Source: Minisyncoccota bacterium (lineage in GTDB: Bacteria; Patescibacteriota; Minisyncoccia; Phycocordibacterales; UBA918). From it: DNA of 64,000 nt. The translations under genes and the position numbers were made by a program. Below, piece by piece: positions 55,839 to 64,000 of this stretch. Below the pieces are notes generated by a model. That model saw only the letters and a program-made list of their open reading frames with translations. It was not told the origin of the DNA and made no database searches. The stretch is taken from assembly GCA_021734905.1 (NCBI GenBank), contig JAIPIB010000001.1, positions 136,821-200,820 of the forward strand, in the 5' to 3' direction. How positions within the stretch are numbered: position 1 is the stretch's first letter; every line of letters begins with the position of its first letter.

Positions 55839-58800
55839 ATGGCACAGGCACCTCAGGAGACAACAAACGTAACTGTCGGGAAATTCCCAAAGAAGCGGTT
55901 TCAGAATTTCAGAGATTCACAAGTCCCACTTCCAGATCTCGTTGAACCTCAGCGACTTTCGTATACCAACTTTATTGAAGTTGGGCTCAAAGATGTCTTC
56001 AAGGAATTTTCTCCGATTAGTGATTATTCTGAGAAGAAGTTTGAATTGGTACTCAAGAAGTATGAACTTGGCGCTCCTAAAACGACACCTGAGTATGCCC
56101 ATGACAATAAAATTACTTACGAAGCGCCACTTCGTGCACAGATAGTTTTAAAGAATAAGACTTTTGGAGGTGAAAAAGAGCAGGAGATTTTCCTTGCAGA
56201 CATTCCTGTAATGACTGAAAATGGAACATTCATCATCAATGGTGTAGAGCGTGTGATTGTGCCTCAGTTGGCAAGATCATATGGAATCTTTTTTACAACA
56301 AACGAATCAAAAGGTAGGACACTTTTTGGAGCAAAAATAATCCCAGCCAGAGGTGCTTGGGTTGAGATCGAATCTGAGGCTGATGGTGTGATCTATGTCA
56401 AAATCGACCGAAAGCGAAAATTCCCAGTTTCGTCACTTTTTCGCGTGTTTGGAATAACAGTCGATAAGGATATCCAGAAGCTTTTTAAGGGAGTACCCCA
56501 TGCAGATGAGTACATAACAAAGACACTTGCAAAGGATGTTGCAAAGACGACGGATGACTCATTTATTGAAATATATCGACGACTTCGAGATGGAGACCTT
56601 GCGACAGTAGAAAATGCAAAGGAATTTGTAGGGTCAATTTTTAGCGCACAGCGATATGACTTGTCAGAGATAGGACGACATCACTTTAACGAGCGTTTTG
56701 GCCTTGCAACAGATGCTAAGGCAGTATCACAACGAACAATTAGTGTTGATGATTTGGTGGCAATAATAAAAAATATTATTGAACAGAATCATACTCCCGA
56801 TGCACTTGCTGATGATATTGACCATCTTGGATTCCGTCGAGTTCGATACTTTGGTGAAATGCTCCAACAGCGTATGCGTGTTGGAATGACCCGCGTAAAG
56901 CGAAATATTCAGGATCGTATGTCTACGATTGAAGCAGAGACATCACTCCCAATGCAGCTCGTTAATCCTCGACCACTTCAGGCAGCTATTAAGGAATTTT
57001 TTACAACAAACCAACTCTCGCAGTTTATGCAACAGCAAAACATGCTTGCGGAACTTGAAGGACTCCGTACACTTTCTGCGCTTGGTCCCGGCGGACTTAC
57101 TCGAGAAAGAGCTGGCTTTGAGGTACGTGACGTACATACATCACATTATGGACGACTCTGTCCGATTCATACTCCAGAAGGACCAAACATCGGTCTCATT
57201 CTCCGTCTCTCTATGTATGCGCGTGTTAATCGTTTTGGAATTATTGAAACACCGTACGCTAAAGTTGAGAAAGGTGTCGTTAGTGATGAAATTGTATATT
57301 TTAACGCACATGAAGAAGAGCACTTCCATATTGCACATGCTGCTATTGAGGTTGGTGATGACGGAAAAATTAAACCAGACATGGTTGAAGTTCGTTTCCA
57401 TGGAGAACCGCGAATGGTTCCAAAGAAAGACGTTCACTACATGGACATTGCAACAAACCAGGCATTTTCAGTTGCAACATCAATGATTCCGTTTATTAAC
57501 CACGATGATGCAAACCGTGCACTCATGGGTAGTAACATGTTGAAACAAGCGACCCCCTGTATCGTCCAAGAGGCACCTCTTGTTGGAACAGGAGTTGAAG
57601 AAATGGCTGCGCGAGACACTGGAAGAATGATTGTTGCTGAAGATGCAGGTGAGGTTGTTGAAGCAGATGCACGACACATTGTTGTTAAGAATAAAGATGG
57701 AAAGAAAAAAGAATATACGCTTATAACATTCCAGCGAACAAACGATTTCTCAGCTTTCTCACATCGAACGTCAGTTTCTGTTGGAGATAAAGTAAAACGA
57801 GGTGATGTTCTTGCGAACACGTCATCGACTGACGAAGGTCAGATGGCTCTTGGGCAAAATATGCTTGTTGCTTTCATGAGTTGGAGTGGAGCAAACTATG
57901 AAGATGCGATCATCATCTCTGAACGAGTGGTAAAGGATAGTAAATTCGCAACGATTCATCTCGATGAGCTTGATGTTGCGGTTCGAGATACCAAACTTGG
58001 GCCTGAAGTTACCACTCCAGATATTCCAAATGTAAGTGAACAAAAACTTCGCAATCTTGATGAAGAGGGAATCATCCGTGTTGGGGCAGAGGTTCGACCT
58101 GGAGATATTCTTGTTGGTAAGGTTACTCCAAAGGGAGAGACACAACTTACACCAGAAGAACGACTCCTCAGATCAATCTTTGGTGAAAAAGCAAAGGATG
58201 TTAAAGATACATCACTTCGTCTTGAGGCAGGGAAACGAGGACGGGTCATTGGTGTAAAGATATTTACTCGAGAAAATGGAGATCAGCTTGAGAGTGGGGT
58301 TATTAAACGAATTCATATTACTGTTGCTCAAGTTCGTAACGTATCTGTTGGAGATAAATTGGCAGGCCGTCATGGAAACAAGGGAGTTATTTCGCGGATT
58401 CTTCCAGAAGAGGATATGCCGTACACAGAGGATGGAAAGCCAGTTGATGTCATTCTTACACCACTAGGAGTCCCTAGCCGTATGAACCTTGGACAGATTC
58501 TTGAGCTCCATCTTGGTATGGCTGCGAACACGCTTCAGTATCAAGCGATTGTACCTCCATTTGCCGGAGCGACAGAAAATGATGTAAAGGCAGAACTCGT
58601 TGCTGCAGGTTTTCCATCTGATGGAAAGCTTCCACTTCGAGATGGGCGTACTGGAGAGGCATTTGCACAACGTATTTCAGTCGGGTATATGTATATTCTT
58701 AAACTTCACCACATGGTTGAAGATAAGATCCACATGCGTTCAATTGGTCCCTACTCACTTATTACGCAACAGCCACTCGGCGGTAAGGCGCAAGTTGGAG

Positions 58801-59048
58801 GACAGCGATTTGGAGAAATGGAAGTCTGGGCACTTCTCGGTTATGGAGCTGCCTATACACTTCGTGAAATGCTTACCATCAAGTCAGACGATATTGTCGG
58901 TCGTTCAGCAGCATTCGATGCAATAGTCCGTGGAGAAAAAATTAGTCATCCACATACACCAGCAGCATTTAACGTGCTTGTAAATCAATTGCGTGGTCTT
59001 TCGCTTGATATAGATTTACGAAATGATGGGCACTCAGATCGAAATTAA
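55839..59048 (+). CDS. rpoB: RNA polymerase beta subunit
   Basis: GTFIINGVERV, SALGPGG, TPEGPNIG, GDKLAGRHGNKG, GGQRFGEME. Confidence 0.98.
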   Translation: MAQAPQETTNVTVGKFPKKRFQNFRDSQVPLPDLVEPQRLSYTNFIEVGLKDVFKEFSPISDYSEKKFELVLKKYELGAPKTTPEYAHDNKITYEAPLRAQIVLKNKTFGGEKEQEIFLADIPVMTENGTFIINGVERVIVPQLARSYGIFFTTNESKGRTLFGAKIIPARGAWVEIESEADGVIYVKIDRKRKFPVSSLFRVFGITVDKDIQKLFKGVPHADEYITKTLAKDVAKTTDDSFIEIYRRLRDGDLATVENAKEFVGSIFSAQRYDLSEIGRHHFNERFGLATDAKAVSQRTISVDDLVAIIKNIIEQNHTPDALADDIDHLGFRRVRYFGEMLQQRMRVGMTRVKRNIQDRMSTIEAETSLPMQLVNPRPLQAAIKEFFTTNQLSQFMQQQNMLAELEGLRTLSALGPGGLTRERAGFEVRDVHTSHYGRLCPIHTPEGPNIGLILRLSMYARVNRFGIIETPYAKVEKGVVSDEIVYFNAHEEEHFHIAHAAIEVGDDGKIKPDMVEVRFHGEPRMVPKKDVHYMDIATNQAFSVATSMIPFINHDDANRALMGSNMLKQATPCIVQEAPLVGTGVEEMAARDTGRMIVAEDAGEVVEADARHIVVKNKDGKKKEYTLITFQRTNDFSAFSHRTSVSVGDKVKRGDVLANTSSTDEGQMALGQNMLVAFMSWSGANYEDAIIISERVVKDSKFATIHLDELDVAVRDTKLGPEVTTPDIPNVSEQKLRNLDEEGIIRVGAEVRPGDILVGKVTPKGETQLTPEERLLRSIFGEKAKDVKDTSLRLEAGKRGRVIGVKIFTRENGDQLESGVIKRIHITVAQVRNVSVGDKLAGRHGNKGVISRILPEEDMPYTEDGKPVDVILTPLGVPSRMNLGQILELHLGMAANTLQYQAIVPPFAGATENDVKAELVAAGFPSDGKLPLRDGRTGEAFAQRISVGYMYILKLHHMVEDKIHMRSIGPYSLITQQPLGGKAQVGGQRFGEMEVWALLGYGAAYTLREMLTIKSDDIVGRSAAFDAIVRGEKISHPHTPAAFNVLVNQLRGLSLDIDLRNDGHSDRN

Positions 59049-59073
59049 TAGTAGTCTTCTAAAAGTACATAAT

Positions 59074-62000
59074 ATGAAAACACAACCTCGTGAACAATTC
59101 AGTGAAGTAAGTCTCAAACTTGCATCACCTGAACGAATTCTTGAATGGTCTAAAGGCGAAGTCACAAAGCCAGAGACCATCAACTACCGAACGCAACGTC
59201 CGGAAAAACACGGACTTTTCGACGAGCGAATATTTGGACCGGTTGAAGACTACGAATGTGCATGTAAAAAGTACCGAGGTATTCGGTATAAAGGTATTAC
59301 GTGTGAAAAATGTGGTGTTGAAATCACACGATCAATCGTACGACGTGAACGAATGGGACATATTGATTTATGTGTTCCTGTGTCTCACATTTGGTTTCTT
59401 CGAGGGGTACCAAGTCGTATAGCTCTCATTTTGGGCACATCTGCAGCAAGCATTGAAAAAGTGATCTACTTTGCTGGGTATATCGTGACTAAAGTAAATG
59501 TGGCTGAAAAAACAAGAATCCTTAAAGACCTTGATGTTGAGTTTAAAACAAAATACAAAGAATTGAGTAGTGAAACTGCCCGTGATGAACTTAAGAGTCG
59601 TATGGACGGTATTAAGCATGAAATCGAGAGTATTACGCAAGGAACCATACTTGATGAGATGCACTACCATAAGTATTCGATGAAATACAGTACCTTGTTT
59701 GAGGCACGTATTGGAGCAGAAGCAATATTTGATATATTCAATAATCTCGATATGGTGCTTCTTCGTGATCGTCTTGAAAAAGAACGAGAGACTGCTGGCG
59801 CTGCAGAGAGAACAAAGCTTGATAAACGACTTTCACTTATCAAGGGAATGATTCATGCTGAAGTCCGACCTGAATGGATGTTCCTTGTACGACTTCCAGT
59901 TATTCCACCAGCCCTTCGACCTATGGTTGCACTTGAAGGCGGACGACACGCTTCGTCAGACCTAAACGACCTCTATCGTCGTGTGATAAATAGGAACAAT
60001 CGACTCAAAAAACTTATTGATATCATGGCTCCGGACGTTATTCTTCGAAACGAAAAACGTATTCTTCAAGAAGCAGTTGATGCCCTCATTGATAACTCAA
60101 TTCGTCATGGAAATACAGCGTACTCAGCAATGAGTCAAGCGCAACGGCGACCGCTTAAATCACTTTCAGATTACCTCAAGAGTAAGCAAGGTTATTTCCG
60201 TCAGAACCTTCTCGGAAAGCGTGTTGACTACTCTGGTCGTTCAGTGATCGTTATTGGTCCAGATCTTGCACTTGACCAGTGTGGACTTCCAAAACATATG
60301 GCACTTGAACTCTTCAGACCATTTGTTATTTCAAAGCTTCTTAAACAAGAGCTCGCGTACAACATCAGAGGTGCTGGTCGTCTCATTGAAGATGGGGTGC
60401 CAGAAGTTTGGGCAATACTCGAAGATGTCATTAAAGACAGACATGTCTTGCTCAACCGTGCTCCAACACTTCACCGACAGGGTATTCAGGCATTCCGCCC
60501 AGTACTTATTGAAGGTAACGCGATTCAGGTCCATCCACTTGTCTGTCGAGCATTCAATGCTGACTTTGACGGAGACCAAATGGCTGTACACGTACCACTT
60601 TCTGATGAAGCTCAGTATGAGGCAAGAGAAATAATTTCTGCAAACAAAAATATTCTAAAGCCAGGTAGTGCTGATCCTGTTGTTTCTGAAAAACTTCTCG
60701 ATATGGCACTTGGAGCTTTCTGGATGACGAAGATTATCCCAGATGCGAAAGGAGAGGGTAAATTCTTTCCGTCACCAAACGCTGCGATTACTGCCTACGA
60801 CTTCGACGTCATTGACATCAGAGCGAAGGTAAAAGTTCTTGCAACAGATACTCCAAAATATGCGCAGTTCGGAAACAAAATTTTCGAAACATCAGTAGGA
60901 CGACTTCTCTTTAACAGCGTTCTTCCGAGTGACCATTCATTTATTAATGATGTAATTACGCAACGAACGCTCTTTGGTGTCATTATCGACCTGATTGATG
61001 AACAGGGTATTGGATCTGTTCCGAAGATTGTTGACCGTATGAAGCGTTTTGGATTCCAGTACGCTACAAAGTCTGGCACAACATGGGGAATTGACGATGT
61101 TGTTGTACCAGAAGAAAAGAAAGGTATTATCGAGGCTGCACGAAAGGAAGAGGCAGGAGTTCTTGCTTTCTTCGATACGGGTCTTATTTCTCGAGATGAG
61201 CGACGCCGTATGGTTATTGAGATATGGCACAGAGCAAAGACCGAGATTGAAAAAACCCTTCCTGCAACGCTTGACGTAAATGGTTCTGTTTATGACATGT
61301 GGAAGTCAGGAGCTCGAGGATCAATGGGGCAGATTGCCATGATGGCAGGTATGAAGGGACTCATTATCAATACACGAGGTGAAACTCTTGAGTTTCCAAT
61401 TTTGTCGTCAATGAAAGAGGGTATGAGTCCGATTGAATATTTCATTACAACTCACGGTTCACGAAAAGGTCTTGCCGATACAGCACTCCAAACAGCAAAG
61501 GCTGGATACCTCACAAGACGCCTCTTCGTTGTTGCGCAAGACGCAATTGTTACTGAGGATGACTGTAAGACAAAGGAAGGAGTAACAATAGGTCGCGTAA
61601 GTTCTTCGGGTATTGAGATTGCGTTTAGTAAAGCGATTCGCGGACGTATTCTTGCCGCTGATGCAGTAACGAAGAGTGGTGATGTGTTGTTCAAAAAAGG
61701 ACACCTTCTCTCACGTATTGACTCAATGGGAGTTGAGAAGTCTGACATTAATACGGTTGAGGTACGTTCTCCAATGACTTGTAAGACGCTCCAGGGAGTC
61801 TGTCAGCAGTGTTATGGCATCGATTTGACTACGAATAAGCTTGTTGATATTGGAGAAGCAGTAGGTACTGTGGCAGCACAGGCGATTGGTGAGCCAGGAA
61901 CACAGCTTACGATGAATACAAAGCACGCTGGAGGAGCCGCATCAGTCGGTGGAGACGTGACACAGGGCCTTCCTCGTGTGGAAGAGGTGTTTGAAAAACG

Positions 62001-62730
62001 AGCTCCAAAGATTCCAGCAATTATTTCAAAGACCGACGGTATCATTACGAATATTCGTACCGAAGGAAAGGAAAAAATTATCACCGTTGCACCAACACTG
62101 GGCTCAAAGTATGCGACAAAGAAAAATGACAACATAGATTATGCTGTACATTTCAGACGAGTTGTTATAGTCGCTGAAGGAGATTCTGTGAAACAAGGAC
62201 AACTCCTTACAGACGGATCTGTACATCTTCCTGATTTATTTAAGTATGCTGGAGAGCAGATTACACAAGAGTATATTATCAACGAGACAAATAAGATTTA
62301 CGAATTACAGGGAGTTACGATAGCACGAAAACACATTGAGCTTATTGTGAAGCAGATGATGAGTCGCGTAAAAATAACTTTTGTAGGAGATAGTCATTTC
62401 ACTGTTGGTGACGTTGTCGAAGAATGGATTCTTGTGAAAATGAACAATGAGCTTAAAGAGGCTGGAAATGAAACAGCTAAGGGGGAAAAACTTATCTTGG
62501 GTATCACTGAGACATCTCTTTCACGAAAGAGCTTCCTTTCTGCAGCATCATTCCAAAATACAACACGTGTATTGATTAATGCAGCGGTACGAGGAAGTGA
62601 AGATAAACTTAGTGGACTTATGGAGAACGTAATTATCGGTCGTCTTATCCCAGCAGGAACGGGATTCAAAGGAAGTAATAAATATGAAGCGATAAAGAAA
62701 TTTGGGATAGACGCCGAGCGCGAAGATTAA
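59074..62730 (+). CDS. rpoC: RNA polymerase beta' subunit
   Basis: NADFDGD, Zn finger CACKKY...CEKC, GEPGTQLT; ATG 59074 preferred. Confidence 0.98.
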   Translation: MKTQPREQFSEVSLKLASPERILEWSKGEVTKPETINYRTQRPEKHGLFDERIFGPVEDYECACKKYRGIRYKGITCEKCGVEITRSIVRRERMGHIDLCVPVSHIWFLRGVPSRIALILGTSAASIEKVIYFAGYIVTKVNVAEKTRILKDLDVEFKTKYKELSSETARDELKSRMDGIKHEIESITQGTILDEMHYHKYSMKYSTLFEARIGAEAIFDIFNNLDMVLLRDRLEKERETAGAAERTKLDKRLSLIKGMIHAEVRPEWMFLVRLPVIPPALRPMVALEGGRHASSDLNDLYRRVINRNNRLKKLIDIMAPDVILRNEKRILQEAVDALIDNSIRHGNTAYSAMSQAQRRPLKSLSDYLKSKQGYFRQNLLGKRVDYSGRSVIVIGPDLALDQCGLPKHMALELFRPFVISKLLKQELAYNIRGAGRLIEDGVPEVWAILEDVIKDRHVLLNRAPTLHRQGIQAFRPVLIEGNAIQVHPLVCRAFNADFDGDQMAVHVPLSDEAQYEAREIISANKNILKPGSADPVVSEKLLDMALGAFWMTKIIPDAKGEGKFFPSPNAAITAYDFDVIDIRAKVKVLATDTPKYAQFGNKIFETSVGRLLFNSVLPSDHSFINDVITQRTLFGVIIDLIDEQGIGSVPKIVDRMKRFGFQYATKSGTTWGIDDVVVPEEKKGIIEAARKEEAGVLAFFDTGLISRDERRRMVIEIWHRAKTEIEKTLPATLDVNGSVYDMWKSGARGSMGQIAMMAGMKGLIINTRGETLEFPILSSMKEGMSPIEYFITTHGSRKGLADTALQTAKAGYLTRRLFVVAQDAIVTEDDCKTKEGVTIGRVSSSGIEIAFSKAIRGRILAADAVTKSGDVLFKKGHLLSRIDSMGVEKSDINTVEVRSPMTCKTLQGVCQQCYGIDLTTNKLVDIGEAVGTVAAQAIGEPGTQLTMNTKHAGGAASVGGDVTQGLPRVEEVFEKRAPKIPAIISKTDGIITNIRTEGKEKIITVAPTLGSKYATKKNDNIDYAVHFRRVVIVAEGDSVKQGQLLTDGSVHLPDLFKYAGEQITQEYIINETNKIYELQGVTIARKHIELIVKQMMSRVKITFVGDSHFTVGDVVEEWILVKMNNELKEAGNETAKGEKLILGITETSLSRKSFLSAASFQNTTRVLINAAVRGSEDKLSGLMENVIIGRLIPAGTGFKGSNKYEAIKKFGIDAERED

Positions 62731-62944
62731 GGTATCGTAGCGAACTCTGGAAAACCCGTGGAAGACTTCGTCTTCCCCGGGTTTTCCAATGAAAAATCCT
62801 GAGGTAGGGTTAATGACCCTTCCTCCATTTTATCTATATGTGAATGGTATTGAACAGTCAAAAATAAACGGTGAATAGTGTTTAAAAACACCTGTTTTCA
62901 AACTGTTTCAGTATTACTAATTCATCGCGTATAATACTCGTACT

Positions 62945-64000
62945 ATGGCTGCTACACCTGTTGAGCAAATAAAAGAGCGATTGTCTATTGTTGATGTTAT
63001 TGGTGGCTATATAGAGCTGAAAAATGCAGGGAAGAGCTATAAAGGGAAATCTCCTTTCACTAACGAAAAGACTCCGTCGTTTTATGTCTCACCAGAGCGA
63101 GGTATGTATTATTGTTTTTCTTCTCAGCAAGGAGGAGACATTTTTACCTTCATTGAAAAGATGGAGGGGGTTGATTTTAAGGGTGCGCTTAAAATACTTG
63201 CAGAACGAGCTCATATCGAACTTGTTCCTGAAGATCCGAAAAAAAGAGATGCTAGAGAAACCCAGTATGCTCTCCTTGAGGAAGCGACGCAATATTTTTT
63301 TAAGACACGTGAAGAGCACTCTAAAATTGGTGAGTATATCGAAAAGCGAGGTGTGAAGGTCCAGACGGTACATTCATGGCGTATAGGGTATGCAAGAGAT
63401 GAGTGGAGAGCGGTGCGTCAGCATCTTAGTATAAAAGGGTTTACCGATGAACAGATGCTTTCTGCTGGACTGATAAAGAAGGCAGACCAAGGGAAGGAAC
63501 CGTATGATGTCTTCCGTGATCGTATTGTATTTCCTATTATGGATTCATCGGGGCATGTAGTTGCGTTTTCGGGTAGAACGATGAAAACTGAAACTGGTAT
63601 CCCCAAATATGTAAATTCTCCGGAGACAGAGCTATTTCAAAAGTCGGAGATTCTCTATGGATATGATAAAGCCAAGCACGGAATTCGCCAGTACGACTTC
63701 TCGCTCGTTGTGGAAGGGCAGTTTGACTTAGTTCTCGCGCATCAGGCGGGATACACGAATACTGTTGCAGTATCAGGTACAGCACTAACAAAGCATCATA
63801 TAATGCTTCTCCAGAGGCTCTCACAGAATGTTGTTCTAGCTCTTGATGCTGACAGGGCTGGTGTGTCTGCGGTTAAGCGATCCGCACTTCCGATGCTGCT
63901 CCAAGGCATGGATGTAAAAGTGGCACACATGCCTGACGGGCTTGATCCTGCAGATATCGTGCAAAGAGACCCTCATGAGCTTAAACAAATAGTAGGAAAG
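62945..64000 (+). CDS. dnaG: DNA primase, partial (runs off the window; absent from the ORF track)
   Basis: Hand translation: MAATPVEQIKERLSIVDVIG...EKTPSF...FRDRIVFPI...AFSGR...PKYVNSPET...VVEGQFD...LDADRAG. Confidence 0.95.
   Translation, partial: MAATPVEQIKERLSIVDVIGGYIELKNAGKSYKGKSPFTNEKTPSFYVSPERGMYYCFSSQQGGDIFTFIEKMEGVDFKGALKILAERAHIELVPEDPKKRDARETQYALLEEATQYFFKTREEHSKIGEYIEKRGVKVQTVHSWRIGYARDEWRAVRQHLSIKGFTDEQMLSAGLIKKADQGKEPYDVFRDRIVFPIMDSSGHVVAFSGRTMKTETGIPKYVNSPETELFQKSEILYGYDKAKHGIRQYDFSLVVEGQFDLVLAHQAGYTNTVAVSGTALTKHHIMLLQRLSQNVVLALDADRAGVSAVKRSALPMLLQGMDVKVAHMPDGLDPADIVQRDPHELKQIVGK

Noticed and set aside
973-62669. Numerous 60-185 aa ORFs overlapping housekeeping genes
   Set aside because: Alternate-frame or antisense shadows with no motifs or initiation signals
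63024-63824. Short ORFs listed near the window end
   Set aside because: The region is dnaG (62945 onward), which the track missed because it has no stop inside the window
1-64000. Alternative genetic code (UGA = Gly)
   Set aside because: Conserved genes translate fully under code 11, and TGA ends several genes (8110, 9675, 36509, 44976)

Overview
Gene-dense, roughly 40% GC bacterial chromosome segment using genetic code 11. Gene content and style point to Patescibacteria/CPR, probably Parcubacteria; this is an inference from the truncated pheS, pheT, thrS, prfA and smc, the NusB-NUDIX fusion, the gap-rpiB-rpe-tkt cluster and core genes lacking Shine-Dalgarno (SD) sites. Most of the window is housekeeping: gatB end, pentose-phosphate genes, ribosomal and translation genes, gyrB, dnaE, rnhB, rnc, smc, rnr, rpoB, rpoC, and the start of dnaG, which the ORF track missed. 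Two surface-protein islands stand out. (1) 1.4-9.7 kb: a 1324-aa secreted protein containing a complete phage-virion-type LamG/SPRY module, followed by a WxL/csc-like cluster. (2) 31.2-37.7 kb, the best candidate for an undescribed system: a sortase followed by two copies of a module made of a sigma70 promoter, a covarying structured leader RNA, SD-led secreted orphan gene(s), a terminator, a conserved 58-bp hairpin, and a VPYTG sortase substrate with EGG(V/I)GSS repeats. Non-coding highlights are a T-box with an atypical stem I upstream of thrS, a 6S-like RNA before rpsP, tRNA-Thr 3'-end duplications, a duplicated rnhB N-terminus around a structured insert, and two families of palindromic elements with locus-specific arms. 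All calls come from reading the sequence by eye; no database searches or folding programs were run.
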